Shown here piece by piece: positions 10,120-21,513 of a stretch of 64,000 nt of DNA. The position numbers were made by a program, and so were the translations under genes. The notes beneath the pieces are model-generated. The model worked only from the letters and a program-made list of their open reading frames with translations, was not told the origin of the DNA and searched no databases. The first letter of the stretch is position 1, and every line of letters starts with the position of its first letter. Origin of the DNA: Methanomassiliicoccaceae archaeon (GTDB lineage Archaea > Thermoplasmatota > Thermoplasmata > Methanomassiliicoccales > Methanomassiliicoccaceae); NCBI GenBank assembly GCA_963728405.1, contig CAVSJV010000005.1, forward strand, positions 64,001-128,000, read 5' to 3'.

Positions 10120-11987
10120 ATGGGTCGTAAGGTGGCGTTCTTCCCGGGAAGCATCGTGGCCGAGGTCCAGGACGGCGAGACGATTCTGGACGCAGCGGTG
10201 CAGGCCGGCGTCCAGGTCAACAGCGTGTGCGGTGGGAAGGGCACCTGCGGCAAGTGTCTGGTCATCGTCGACGGGGTCGCGGACAGCGAGATCGGTCAAC
10301 TTTCTCCCGAGGAGTTCAAGCTCGGTTACCGGCTTGCCTGTCAGACCTGGGTAAGAGGGGACCTGTCGGTGTTCATACCGGAGGGTTCCCAGGTCAGCGA
10401 GCACCAGATACTGGCATCCTACCAAGGACGGGCGATAGAGGAGCTCTCGCCCCTGACCGAAAGCCGCAGGCTGGACCTGGCGGCCCCTACGATGGACGAT
10501 AATCAGGGAGACCTGGAACGGGTCACCTGCGCGCTGGACATGCCCGGACTTATGGTCCCGCTGGCCCTCCTACGCCAGCTACCAAACCTCCTCCGCGAGG
10601 GAGGCTGGCAACTAAGTGTCATGGTAGCAAGGGAGGATGGCGGTCGCCGGCTGATGATGCTGGAGAAAGGCTCCAAGAGCCTCCCCAACTACGGGATCGC
10701 GATCGACATCGGCACCACCACGGTGGTCGCCGAGCTGGTCGATCTCAGTACCGGTAGGACGCTGGCCCAAGCGTCCGATTACAATCGCCAGCTGGTGTGC
10801 GGTGAGGATGTCCTGTCGAGGATCGCCTATGCCGAGGAGAAGGGGCTGGAGCGTTTGACCGAACTGGTGACCGACACCGTCAACGGCCTCATCACCCAGC
10901 TCTGCGCGGAACGGGACAAGCGCCGGCGCTACCACTCCGGCATCTGCGGCAATGACATCGCTTCGATCGCCATCGGGGGCAATACTACCATGGTGCACAT
11001 GTTCCTGGGCCTGGACCCCAAGAACATTCGCTACGCTCCGTACATCCCAGTGACCAACGTACCGCCCGTTCTGAGGGCGTCGGAGGTCGGATTGCGAGCG
11101 CATCCTGATGCCCCGGTGTACTGCGTTCCCGGGCGGGCGTCGTGACGTGGGCGGCGACATCACCGCCGACATCCTGCTGTCCGGCCTGCACCTGCGCGAT
11201 GAGCTGTGCATGCTCATCGATGTGGGCACCAACGGCGAGGTGGTCCTGGGCAACAAGGACTGGATTATCGGCTGCTCGACCTCCGCCGGTCCGGCCTTTG
11301 AGGGCGGCGAGGTCTCGTGTGGCATGCGTGCCATGGGCGGAGCGATCGATTCGGTGAGCATTGGTGACTATGAGATCAGCATCACCACCATCGGCCAGGC
11401 CAAGCCCCGAGGGATCTGCGGTTCTGGCCTGATCGATCTCATAGCTCAGATGTTCGAACGCGGGTACCTCGACAAGAAGGGACGGATCAACGCCGCCTCG
11501 TCCGAACATGTGCGGGCATCGGGCCGGGGCATGGAGTTCATCATACACCAGGAGGCAGGGAAGAAGGACCTCACCGTCACCGATGATGACATTGCCAACA
11601 TCATTCGGACCAAGGCGGCCATCTACGCTGGGTGTTCGGTCCTGCTGCAGAGCGTGGACCAAAAATTCACTGACCTGGACCGGGTGTTCATCGCCGGAGG
11701 CTTCGGCAACTATGTCAACATAGACAACGCCCGGACCATCGGCCTGCTCCCGGACCTACCCAAGGAGAAATTCGAGTTCCTCGGGAACGCGTCGCTGGGA
11801 GGAACGAAGCTTTGCCTTCTGTCGGGGAAGATGCGCCAGGAGGCCGAGGCGGTGTACCGAGCGATGACCTATCTGGACCTCTCTTCCTCGCAGATCTTCT
11901 TCGATCAGTACTCCTCGGCACTATTCCTCCCCCACACCGACCTGGATCAATTCCCCAACAGTCAGGACGAGGATGGGCTCCAGATAA
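10120..11987 (+). CDS. Reductive activator of corrinoid proteins (RACo/AcsV; 2Fe-2S plus ASKHA ATPase, DUF4445), frameshifted
   Basis: CGGKGTCGKC..RLACQ, IDIGTTT, GEDVLSRI, GNTTM, IDVGTNGE, SAGPAFEG, GICGSG, IAGGFG, LFLPHTD. 1-nt insertion at about 11143 (TCG TGAC GTG for S-Y-V). A probable second shift near 11955 gives a stop at 11987. Confidence 0.92.
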
Positions 11988-12189
11988 GTGGGGACGAGGC
12001 CCTGGCCCAGCAGGCGGAGATCATGGGGGTGGTCGTTCCGCCTGCTGACCGATCGAGCTAACAATCGCCTGATTACTTTGACGGCTGGAGGTCCTCAAGT
12101 GATTCTAATAATAATCAGTCCAGTACAAAAATACTAATATTTACTCTAAGTTCGAACGTTTTAACCTTAACCAGTGTTTAGACCTCAGG

Positions 12190-12877
12190 GTGAATATCAT
12201 TTCCGATCACGATTTTCCTATGAACGCCATTATCGACATGGCTCGAATAATATCGACCTCTGGGCAGGTAGGCAAGAAGGAATCGAAGACCGAGGCCGAG
12301 AGCCTGGTGAACGGTCTCATCGGAACAGCGGACCACGAATTCTCCCGCCGGTTCGGGTCCAACTATTGGAACCACCTCAAGGCCCTGCTCAACGACTACG
12401 TCATGTCGAGGGGGCTGGGGGACGGGTTCGTGGTGAAGGGCTCCCCGTTCCACTGGCACAACGCCATCGGGACGAAGTGCTCAGCGGTCATCCTGAGAAA
12501 GAACTTCTTCCGAGGGGATGCGCACGTCGAACCGGAGCTTTTCCTGGACTGTGGGTCTGCTGGCCGGCGCGAACGGGACCCTGGTCCCAGGGGTCAGTTG
12601 TGGCTTCCACTATCTGTCATCTATGGAGGGGGACAGGAGCAATTTCATCCAAGGGGTTCTGAAGGACCAGGAACTAAGATCTCTGGCCTGGGCCCTCTCC
12701 AACAACGGCTTCGCCAACCCTTCCCTAAGGTCGAACGATGGTTCATCGTTCTGGAACATGGGTGCCTCATTGGTCAAGGTCTGGGGCGAGGGCGAGATAC
12801 CTAGGGACCTGAAGCAGAAGGTTCACGAGGCCTTCGATGAGCTGTTCCCCCTATATGAGAAGATAATCACACTGTGA
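12190..12877 (+). CDS. Hypothetical protein, possibly McrB-N/DUF3578-like fold (frameshift about 12545)
   Basis: Two overlapping ORFs. VVKGSPFHW and C-terminal AFDELFPLYEKI resemble that family. Confidence 0.45.
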
Positions 12878-12926
12878 TGCCAAAACCATAATTGGTAATG
12901 TGTCGATGAACGGATGAAGGGAGCAG

Positions 12927-13706
12927 ATGAGCGACGACAGGGAGAGGGCCCGGCCTGAGGATGTGTTCTCTCAACGGGCGGAGTTCTACGCCCAGAGCAA
13001 GATACACGATGACAAGGAGACGCTCTCCTGGCTGGTGGAGCTGGCCATGCCCCGGAAGGACATGATCGCCCTGGACGTGGGAACGGGAACAGGCCACACC
13101 GCCATGGCCTTGGCCCCTCACTTGAAGGAGGTGGACGCCATCGATCTTACCGAGGCGATGATGGTCGAGGGCCGGAAGCTGTGCGCCCAGAGGGGAATCG
13201 TCAACGTCCACTTCATGCTCGGTGACGCTATGCGCATCCCCTTTCCGAATGAACATTTCAACATCGTCACCTGCCGCCGGGCCGCCCACCATTTCGGGGA
13301 CATCAAAAAGGCGCTCGTCGAGATGGCCCGGGTGCTAAGACCCGGAGGTCGAATGGTCATCGACGACCGGAGCATACCAGAGGATGACGAGCTCGACACA
13401 ACGATCAACCGGCTGGATGCGCTCCATGATCCCTCACATGTCCGTGACTATCGACCGTCAGAATGGATGCAGTTCTCGAGGATCGCGGGTCTGGAGATCG
13501 AGGCGATGAGGATGTACCGCAAGCATATTCCCCTTACCCATTTCACCGACAAGGTCACGCCGGCGACGGCGAAGGAGATGAAGCAGGTGGCCGAAGAAAT
13601 GTCCGAACGAGCTAAGAAGGTCGTCAATTATGAAATGGCCGATGGTAATATCGTCATGGACAACTTCTTCAGCATCCTGGTGGCAGGGAAGAGATCGGTG
13701 AACTGA
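12927..13706 (+). CDS. Class I SAM-dependent methyltransferase (UbiE-like)
   Basis: ALDVGTGTGH, GDAMRIPF, RRAAHHF, RVLRPGG, DPSHVR. Confidence 0.9.
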   Translation: MSDDRERARPEDVFSQRAEFYAQSKIHDDKETLSWLVELAMPRKDMIALDVGTGTGHTAMALAPHLKEVDAIDLTEAMMVEGRKLCAQRGIVNVHFMLGDAMRIPFPNEHFNIVTCRRAAHHFGDIKKALVEMARVLRPGGRMVIDDRSIPEDDELDTTINRLDALHDPSHVRDYRPSEWMQFSRIAGLEIEAMRMYRKHIPLTHFTDKVTPATAKEMKQVAEEMSERAKKVVNYEMADGNIVMDNFFSILVAGKRSVN

Positions 13707-13830
13707 GCTTTCACGACCGCATATGGGCCGTTGGTAAACAACAGCTCACTAGCTCTCAGGCACTCATCCTTAACCTGCCGGGCTGCTCTCATCGCACAAT
13801 GTTTATAATATATCATAATGTTCGGCAAGT

Positions 13831-14853
13831 GTGGCCTGGAACTGCGCGCCCAGCTGCATAGGTTCGTTACCGCACACCGACCCAGCCAGGGCAGTGGACT
13901 TCGTACTAGATAAGCTCAAGATTATTCCCTTCTGGCCCCAGCTGCCCCGGACGGGGTTCCGGGAGAACATGTACATACAGTTCGCACACTATCTGCCCGG
14001 GGTGAAGGTGGATGAGGTCAAGAAGAGAGTGCATGTGGACCTCACCAACTACGATCCGGAGGACATCTACACCAAGATCCTGGCGGACGATGTCGATGCG
14101 TTCTCACTTCCCAAGGAGAACTTCTCAGGCTTTTACGAGTTCATGTCCCGGGAGATGCCATCCACCGTCCAGGCGGTCAAGGGACAGATCACTGGTCCCG
14201 TATCCCTCGGTCTCCAGATGACCGATCAGGACGACAAGCCGATTATCTATGACGAGGCCTATTCGGAGATCGTCCGTAAGAACCTCAATCTTATGGCCCG
14301 TTGGCAGGAGCGAGAGCTGCGCAAGAAATGCCCACAGACCATCATGTTCATTGACGAGCCTTACCTCTCGATCATCGGCACGCCGTTCGCCTCGGTATCC
14401 CAAGCGGACGTGATCAAGTGGATCGACGAGGTCACCTTCGGGCTGGAAGGTAAGAAGGGCATACACTGCTGTGCCAACACCGACTGGCCGTTCGTCATGA
14501 GCATGGACATCGATGTACTCTCGTTCGACGCGTATGATTACGGTTACACGATCGCCCTTTATCCCGCTGAGGTGGAAAAGTTTCTGAAGAAGGGCGGTTG
14601 CCTAGCCTGGGGGATCGTTCCCAACAATGAAGAGACGGTAAGGAAGGAGAATGCCTCCTCGATGGTCAAGCACGTCGAGAAGCTCTTCCATTCCCTGGAG
14701 GAGAAGGGCATCGAGCAGGAACTGCTGCTGAAACAATCCATCTTCACGCCCCAATGCGGCCTCAGCGGTCTGGACGAGACGGCTAGTGCCAACGCCATGG
14801 ACCTCCTATTGGGCATCTCGAAAGAACTAAGGACGCGCCACTCGCTGGTATAG
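13831..14853 (+). CDS. Folate-independent core methionine synthase (MesB-like, MetE catalytic-domain-only)
   Basis: IGSLPH, IPFWPQLP, KGQITGP, FIDEP, GIHCC (HxC Zn ligands), SFDAY, AWGIVP, TPQCGL. Adjacent to the CoFeSP genes. Confidence 0.8.
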   Translation: MAWNCAPSCIGSLPHTDPARAVDFVLDKLKIIPFWPQLPRTGFRENMYIQFAHYLPGVKVDEVKKRVHVDLTNYDPEDIYTKILADDVDAFSLPKENFSGFYEFMSREMPSTVQAVKGQITGPVSLGLQMTDQDDKPIIYDEAYSEIVRKNLNLMARWQERELRKKCPQTIMFIDEPYLSIIGTPFASVSQADVIKWIDEVTFGLEGKKGIHCCANTDWPFVMSMDIDVLSFDAYDYGYTIALYPAEVEKFLKKGGCLAWGIVPNNEETVRKENASSMVKHVEKLFHSLEEKGIEQELLLKQSIFTPQCGLSGLDETASANAMDLLLGISKELRTRHSLV

Positions 14854-14856
14854 GCC

Positions 14857-15612
14857 GTGACGTACATAGTGGCCGTGGCGGGCAAGGGCGGTGTTGGGAA
14901 GAGCACTATCTCCGCCCTGATGGTCCGCGAGCTGGCCCGTAGGTCTGGAAAGATCGTCCTGGCGGTGGATGCCGATCCCAACTCTAACCTGGGCGATAAG
15001 CTGGGCGTGAAGGTGGAGAGGACCATCGGCGACCTGCGGGAGGACCTGTTGAAACGCTCGGACGAGATCGCCGCGGGCGGCTCCAAGCACGAGGCGGTCA
15101 TCTACCAGCTTCGCCTGGCCATGGTCGAAGGGAAGGACTTCGACCTAGTGACCATGGGGCGGTCGGAGGGACGCGGCTGCTACTGTTACATCAATAATCT
15201 GCTGCGGACCTTCCTGGACGAGGTCATGGACGACTACCCATATGTGGTCATCGACAACGAGGCAGGGATGGAGCATCTGTCCAGAAGAACATGCCAGCGC
15301 ATGGACGTGCTGCTGGTGGTATCGGACGCCACGAAGGTGGGGCTGGACACCGCCGGCCGCATTCTGGCGCTGGCCAAGGAGATGGAACTCGAGGTGGGCT
15401 CCTTCGTTCTGGCGATTAATCGGACCAGGCCTATTGGCTCAGATCAATTAGGAACGATCATTCCGGACGGTTTCCACCAGGTCGTCCTATTGCCTGTTGA
15501 TGAAGAGGTCGAGAGGTTCGCCGTCCAAGGGCGTCCGCTCACACAACTGGAGACAGGGAGCGACCTGGCCCAGGCGGTGCGGGGAATGGTCCAGGGATTC
15601 GTCAGGACCTGA
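14857..15612 (+). CDS. cooC: CooC/AcsF-type nickel-insertion ATPase
   Basis: GKGGVGKS, VDADPNSNL, MGRSEGRGCYC, IDNEAGMEHLSR. Confidence 0.9.
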   Translation: MTYIVAVAGKGGVGKSTISALMVRELARRSGKIVLAVDADPNSNLGDKLGVKVERTIGDLREDLLKRSDEIAAGGSKHEAVIYQLRLAMVEGKDFDLVTMGRSEGRGCYCYINNLLRTFLDEVMDDYPYVVIDNEAGMEHLSRRTCQRMDVLLVVSDATKVGLDTAGRILALAKEMELEVGSFVLAINRTRPIGSDQLGTIIPDGFHQVVLLPVDEEVERFAVQGRPLTQLETGSDLAQAVRGMVQGFVRT

Positions 15613-15651
15613 CCCACCGTGATCACCGGGGAACGGCTGGCGGATCTCGGC

Positions 15652-16974
15652 TCACAGCGTCTTGAGCAGCTTCGGTATGCCCGACGATTCCCTGGGGCCC
15701 ACGACGACCTTCAGGCCGGTCAGCTCTTGGAGCTTGCCGGACATGCGAGAGAGCATCCCCGGGATGATCACGATACCGCGTTTGCTCTTCTCCAGCGCCC
15801 CGCTGGAGCGTAGCGCCTCCGCGACGCTGTCGGCGGTCATCTTACCGGCGGCGAACGCGGTCATGACCGATAGCCCCTCGGTATCGACAACCAGTAGCCA
15901 GGCGGGGACCTTCGACTTCTCGATGTCCGCGGCCACGGTGAAATAGGTCAGCGAGAAGTTGGTGGTGAACAGCACCGGAGCGTCCGCCCCAGGGTTATTG
16001 ATGGGGTACAGGCCCGACTTCACCTGGATAGGTACCTGCGGATCGGTGTAGATGTTCTGGCGGAGCACGAACAGCGGTATGGCCTGGGCCGGGTCCAGAT
16101 CATCCAACAGCACGATGCTGCCGTACTTCATGGTCGACACCAGCGCGGTGAGCATCACTTGCGCGTTCCCGCAGGTGTTGGTGATTATCGGGTACCCTAA
16201 TCCGCGGAAGGTCTTCTTGACCGCGTTCTTGCGGACGATGGTGTTCCTTTCCACCGTCTGCTGCAGGCCGGAGGGCATGAGGTCCAATACAATGTCCTCG
16301 ACGCCGGCGGCCTTCACTTTCTCCACCAGGTCGGCGAGGCCGTTGAGATCGTCATGCCTCACCGCCAGCGGGTATCTCAACTCCTTGGCCGCCGCGGCCA
16401 TTTGCTCGATATTTGAAGCGGTGGCGGCGTAGATGAGCGGCCGGTTAAGGCTGCCCCCGGATGCAGCGGCCCTGATCGTCGCTGCGTTATCGGTCATAAG
16501 CACCAGAGGCAGACGGGAAGCGTGCGATACCTTCGCCACCATCGACGCGAACTTCGCCGGGTCCTTTGAATCGTTGCGCACCCCCAGCAGGTCCAGCGCT
16601 AGGGTCTGGCCGACCCGCTCGAACCGAAGCTCTTCGGCCTTCCGGAGCTTGGAGGCGACCTCCTGCTCATTGGCGGTATCGGAGATGACCAGGGCGTACC
16701 GGGTCGGATGGAAGAACTTCTTCTCATGGCGGTACAGCTCGGTCTCGTCCCCCAGCTCTATCTTGGCCTCGCCGCTGCCGATGGTGACCAGCCTTATGGG
16801 CGGGGCGGAGGAAGCCTCCAGCTTAGCCTTGGCCTCGTCCGTCACGTACGGGCAGTCGGCCAGCTTGGCCTTCTGATTGGCGAGCTGCATGGCGAAGGCC
16901 AGGCAGGTGGGGAAGTTGCACTTCCCGCAGTTCTTCTTCGGAAGGAACTTGAAGATCTCGATGGCCGTCGGCAT
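15652..16974 (-). CDS. acsC: Corrinoid iron-sulfur protein large (gamma) subunit
   Basis: LPKKNCGKCNFPTCLAFA..CP, YRHEKKF, RQNIYTDPQVP, TTNFSLTYF, GLSVMTAFAAGK, VGPRESS. Confidence 0.95.
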   Translation of the reverse strand: MPTAIEIFKFLPKKNCGKCNFPTCLAFAMQLANQKAKLADCPYVTDEAKAKLEASSAPPIRLVTIGSGEAKIELGDETELYRHEKKFFHPTRYALVISDTANEQEVASKLRKAEELRFERVGQTLALDLLGVRNDSKDPAKFASMVAKVSHASRLPLVLMTDNAATIRAAASGGSLNRPLIYAATASNIEQMAAAAKELRYPLAVRHDDLNGLADLVEKVKAAGVEDIVLDLMPSGLQQTVERNTIVRKNAVKKTFRGLGYPIITNTCGNAQVMLTALVSTMKYGSIVLLDDLDPAQAIPLFVLRQNIYTDPQVPIQVKSGLYPINNPGADAPVLFTTNFSLTYFTVAADIEKSKVPAWLLVVDTEGLSVMTAFAAGKMTADSVAEALRSSGALEKSKRGIVIIPGMLSRMSGKLQELTGLKVVVGPRESSGIPKLLKTL

Positions 16975-17925
16975 TTACTTACCTCCGCGCAGTTCGGTGA
17001 TGGCGCCCTGAAGTATCGCTGCCGAACGCGGGCTGCGGACGATGAGGATGTCTGCGCCGGACATCAACGCGGCCAGTCCGGTCGTCGCTTCCCACCAGGT
17101 TCCCCGGTCCTCGACCTCTCCCCAATGGGAATTCTCTTCAGTAGCCTCGCGCGCCTCCCAGGACAGAGTGACATCGCATAGCATCGGCGCCTGGAGCATG
17201 CGGTCGCCCATCAGGGCGGCGATACGGATCCTCTCGTTCACCGAGTAGGAGTACTCGAGGCCCATGCCCAGCCCGGCCATCAAAGGGTCCATGAGCACAT
17301 TGTCGAGCTTCACGCCGAAATCGGCCAGCAAGATGTTCATTTGCTTGGCTAGATTGATGTCCAGGTTGGAGAACGCGATGAGAGCGTGACGGTTCGACAT
17401 CGTCGCGGCGGAGATGGTCTTGTAGGCCTGTTCCTCGGCCTGTCCGAGCAGAACGCGCTCCTTGGCGCAGGCGTTGCTCACGGCCTCCATGGTCCTAGCA
17501 TCCTTCTCCTCGTGTCCGCAACCGTAGACGATCACCGGGACCTTGACCGTGGCCAATAGCTTCAGCACGGTCTGGGCCGCTTCCTCTGCAGGGGCATCCT
17601 TGCCCTCGGGATTAGTGGACTGGAGCTTCAGGCAAACGAGGTCCGCCTTGAAATCCACGACCCACCGCCGAGCCCACTCGGCCGGATCCTTTACGGAATC
17701 GCCGAAGGAACGGACCGCCAGCTCGGTCAGATTGTCCGTGACATCGATAACCTCGCCGGCCAGGAGCTGGCGGTTTCCCAGTCCCTCGTACGACAGGAAG
17801 GGCATGCCCGCCTCTCCGCCGACCAGGACCGGGGAGCGACTCCCGCCCTCAGCCGGGGACGCGCCTAGCGTCACGGTGCCAATCTTTCCTGACCACTTCT
17901 CCTTGGGGACCGGTACTTCGACCAT
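16975..17925 (-). CDS. acsD: Corrinoid iron-sulfur protein small (delta) subunit
   Basis: GGEAGMPF, DPAEWA, DINLAKQMN, MDP..LGMGLEYSYS..ERIRIAALMGD, GADILIVR. Confidence 0.93.
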   Translation of the reverse strand: MVEVPVPKEKWSGKIGTVTLGASPAEGGSRSPVLVGGEAGMPFLSYEGLGNRQLLAGEVIDVTDNLTELAVRSFGDSVKDPAEWARRWVVDFKADLVCLKLQSTNPEGKDAPAEEAAQTVLKLLATVKVPVIVYGCGHEEKDARTMEAVSNACAKERVLLGQAEEQAYKTISAATMSNRHALIAFSNLDINLAKQMNILLADFGVKLDNVLMDPLMAGLGMGLEYSYSVNERIRIAALMGDRMLQAPMLCDVTLSWEAREATEENSHWGEVEDRGTWWEATTGLAALMSGADILIVRSPRSAAILQGAITELRGGK

Positions 17926-17930
17926 AGGGA

Positions 17931-20115
17931 TCACTCTACGACAGCAGAGGCGGCATCTTCATGAGCGGGGTGATCGACCTTTACCATCCACTCCACGAGG
18001 CCATCGGCCTCGGTGGTGACGGTCTCGTCGGCGATCTTGTCCACGAAGTTCGGCTCTCCGAGCTCCTCGGCCCTCCGCTGCAATGAGGAGCGCATCGCTT
18101 CCTTTAGCTCTTTGGGCATCCACGCTATGCGCAGGAACCCGCCATCAGCGGGGATGAACTTCCGACTGGTAATATACTTTCTTCCCACACCGATGAACCC
18201 GGGGGTCTGCTTGCCGCCGCCCACCGAGCCGGCCAGGGTGGAGAACTTCATGCCGATGGGGGTCATGCCCGGATACTCCCGGTTCACAATGATGACGGCC
18301 TGCATGTCGGCGGTCATTCCGACGATAACCTCGAAGCACCCGCAGGAGGTCATGGGGTCCTCCATCATGGTGTAGGCGTTGAACCGCTCGAGCTTGTGGT
18401 GAGTACCTTCGAAAACGGCCTCGTTGACGCCCTGCCATTGGCCCTTGACCTCATCGATGCACTTCCCCTTGATAATGCTCTGGTTAGGTCCATGGGGGTC
18501 GATTTCGTACGAGGCCCGGGCATCTAACCAGTTCACTGCTCCGCACAGTCCCAGGCGCTCGGGGGTTATTACGCAGATGTGATCTGGTGCAAAAGACTGA
18601 CAGAGTAAACAACTATACGCCGTGTCCACACTCTCGTCCGTCAGACCGGCCAGGCGGGCATCGCGCTGCGTATAGATGTCCAACGCTTCCGGTAACCGTT
18701 TTCTGATCTCCTCCTCGTCGGTTATGATGGTGACCTGGACGCGGGAGACGATGTTGCCGAACTCCTCCTTGAGCTTGGTGATGATGATGTCCCCTAAGTG
18801 CTTGAACCGGAGACCAGCATGAACGGACGCTTTGCTCAACCGGATCCACAGGATGTTCCTCTGGCCGGTATGCCACGCTCCCTCGGCGTAGTTGACGAAG
18901 AGGTGGATCCTTCGCTCCAGCACTCCTTCGAAGTCCTCCTGCATCTTCTTGCCGTAGACGTCCACCAGGATTGCGAGGGAGGTCTTCCCTCCTTCCGGGA
19001 GCGAGTCCACGTCCTTGCCGATAACGGTGATGAGGCCGTCCTTGACCTCGTCCTCGGGCCGAAGCCTTAGTAGCTCGAAAGTGGTGGTCTTGGCCGCGCC
19101 ACCCGCCTCGACATAGGTGTCCGGACGGCGGATGACCTCGCCTTCGAAAGCGGGGCCATAGGCCACCGGTATGTCGACCGGAGCGAGGCGGACCTTGATA
19201 CCCCGGGCCTCCAGGCCGATCTGGACCATCTTTTCCGGTTCCTTGACGTAGATGAGCTTCTCCGGTACGCCCTCTACCGGCTGGTCGGTAATGATCGATG
19301 CACCGTTGAGGATCGCGGCCAGCGCCGCGCCCGCCAGAACCGGATCGATCGGTCCGAACGCCAGGACGAGCACCTTGGGCCTCTTGGCCAGGTAGGCGGC
19401 GATGCCTTCGCGATCGCCCCTCTGCACGCCGCCGAACGATAGCGCTGCGCGAATGGCAAAGTTCAACGCATGAACGATCTGGGTAGACATTCCGACCGGG
19501 TACAGGCGGAACCTTTCCCCCATCTGCACGCCCTTGGAACGCAACTGCTCGATGACCTCGCCGGAGGCGATGATCAGCAGCCCCTTCGCTTGCAGGTCCC
19601 GGACGATCTTGACCAGCGCCTCCGGATCGTTGCTCTTTCCGGCAAGAACGGCCGCCCCAGGGATGGTATCGTCGACAAACGCGACGCCCAGCTCACGGAT
19701 CACCTTGTCGGGCACGAAGCCCATGAAGTCCGTCCCCTCATAGGGGCGCTGGTTCTCCACGTACTTCAACGCCTCGATGACCTCGGCTGGCGATCATGGT
19801 CGCCTCGCCGGCGATCAACGCGTTCCCTATGGTCGGCTCGCTACCCAGCTTCTCACGCTGGGTGCGCAATATCGGGCCGAGCTGTCCGAGGCTCCTGGCC
19901 TCCCGGCCGTCCCAGGCAAAGATCGCCGGCAGCTCGTAGCAAGTCTCCGGGTACTCCACCGCTCGGTCGGCTCCGAGTCGGGACAGCGCATCCTGTAATG
20001 CCTCATCGGCCAGGTCCAGGGCGATATTGGCGCCTTGTATGGCCAGTGCGAACACATCTTGGTTGGAGATGGTATGGTCGGAACTCAAATGGAACGCCTC
20101 CCGGGCACGGGTCAA
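17931..20115 (-). CDS. acsB: Bacterial-type acetyl-CoA synthase with N-terminal domain (frameshifts about 19780 and near the 3' end)
   Basis: YPETCYELP, GEATMIA/EALKY, PVAYGPAFEGE, LERRIH, HTGQR, YSCLLCQSFAP..C..PERLGLCG, PMTSCGCFE (A-cluster), GGGKQTPGF. Confidence 0.95.
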
Positions 20116-20262
20116 AGGGATATAACCTCATCACTTTAGAGATTATTAACCCAATGTGCTTCTTGCTAGCTGGGGGCCATGAATATTGCCACTAGCCTGA
20201 TTTCCAGTGCTTGGCGGTACTTCAAAGCTTCGCCTGAGCCGTCGGTCCTGCCAATGCAGGGC

Positions 20263-21222
20263 CTAGAGCGCGATCGTCTGCAGGTCGTCAACGAAATACT
20301 TGCCCTTCTGCAGCGCCAGCACATCTTCTAACGACGACCGCAGCTTCTCGGTGTCCAGGTCGCACTTGCTGACGTCGGCGATGATGTCCAGGGTCATGGA
20401 CTCATAGAACACCAGGACCTCGCTCTGTAGCGAGACGATGTTCACATCGTGCTTGGCCAGTATGTCGGCGACGCGGCTTATGGCTCCGGGCTTGTCGGGG
20501 ATGACCAGCGATGCGCGCACCAGTTTGGCCTTCGCGTCCATGAGGGTGATGGACAGCACATAGGAATCCATGTCACCGACCATCATCAGTGGCTGCCCGT
20601 CTTTGACCTCCTTCAGCTCGGCCAGGAACTCTTCCGGTACCTCGAACTCACCGTTGCTGATGAGCGTCGGGACCTTGTGCTTGCGCTTGATGAGCTTGGT
20701 CTTGACGGTCCGGGAATCGGCGGCCGCGCCCTTGTTGTAGCGGTCGGCGATATGGGAGATCTGGATGTCCATGATATCCACCATATCGACCAGCGAGGAC
20801 CTCGACTTCTTCAGCGCATCGAACTCGGCCTTCAGCTCGGCTGGCTCACCGTAGTAGGAGAGATCCGCTAGCATCTTCCAGGTCATGGAGACCCCCGATA
20901 TGGTGCTCAGCGAGACGGAGTTCAGGATGTCGACGTTCCGCTCAGCTAGGAACTTCGAGGCCTGAGCGCACGCCCCGGGCTTGTCGATCATGTGGATGGT
21001 GAGCTGGCACAGCTGCCGGTAGTTTTCCGGTCCGAAGGTAGAGAGCACGAGCTCGTACGAGGACATGTCATTGTAATCGTACCGGAACATGGTGCTGAAG
21101 ACCTGGCTTCCATTGACCAGTCCCAGAGCCTGCCCTAGCTCCTCATTGATCTCGATCTTATTCCCGCGCAACCTTCCAAACTGCCAGAGCCTCATTTCAT
21201 GACCCCGAACGCCAAACATCAT
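20263..21222 (-). CDS. Tandem (AbrB-like plus ACT) x2 putative ligand-responsive regulator
   Basis: Two ACT motifs, DKPGACAQASKFLAERNVDI and DKPGAISRVADILAKHDVNI. Each is preceded by an AbrB-like segment (GNKIEINEELGQALGLVNG; GEFEVPEEFLAELKEVKDG). Confidence 0.7.
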   Translation of the reverse strand: MMFGVRGHEMRLWQFGRLRGNKIEINEELGQALGLVNGSQVFSTMFRYDYNDMSSYELVLSTFGPENYRQLCQLTIHMIDKPGACAQASKFLAERNVDILNSVSLSTISGVSMTWKMLADLSYYGEPAELKAEFDALKKSRSSLVDMVDIMDIQISHIADRYNKGAAADSRTVKTKLIKRKHKVPTLISNGEFEVPEEFLAELKEVKDGQPLMMVGDMDSYVLSITLMDAKAKLVRASLVIPDKPGAISRVADILAKHDVNIVSLQSEVLVFYESMTLDIIADVSKCDLDTEKLRSSLEDVLALQKGKYFVDDLQTIAL

Positions 21223-21345
21223 TAACCCTGATAAAGATTGGCAATGGCCGAAGGGCTCTGAACAGGACTCATGAATAGATTGGTGATAAATTCACAAATA
21301 TCGAAGCTAAATACAAATTTTCATTACATTTCGTGGGCAAGAAAG

Positions 21346-21363
21346 CCACAATCTCGATTGTGG
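21346..21363. promoter_or_regulatory. Inverted repeat in divergent intergenic region
   Basis: CCACAATC-tc-GATTGTGG perfect 8-bp arms. Confidence 0.35.
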
Positions 21364-21513
21364 GATGTAATCGCGACAATAGTAGTTTCAGAGACCCATC
21401 GGTAACACGTTTATAATCTCGAATCGTCAGAGTTCTGCTGCTTCTGACCTTCAGGATCAAGCACGGCCGAGATTACATGCCGAACTAGCGAAGGAGGGGT
21501 CGCCGAGTTCGCC

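Noticed and set aside
11140-11148. In-frame TGA in RACo as selenocysteine
   Set aside because: Homology resumes in a different frame (S-Y-VGGDI), so a single-base insertion explains it.
2002-14853. Genome-wide TAG-to-pyrrolysine recoding
   Set aside because: TAG ends acsE, QueG-like, PIN and MesB-like at natural C-termini with tight neighbours. No convincing in-frame TAG inside an intact conserved gene was seen.
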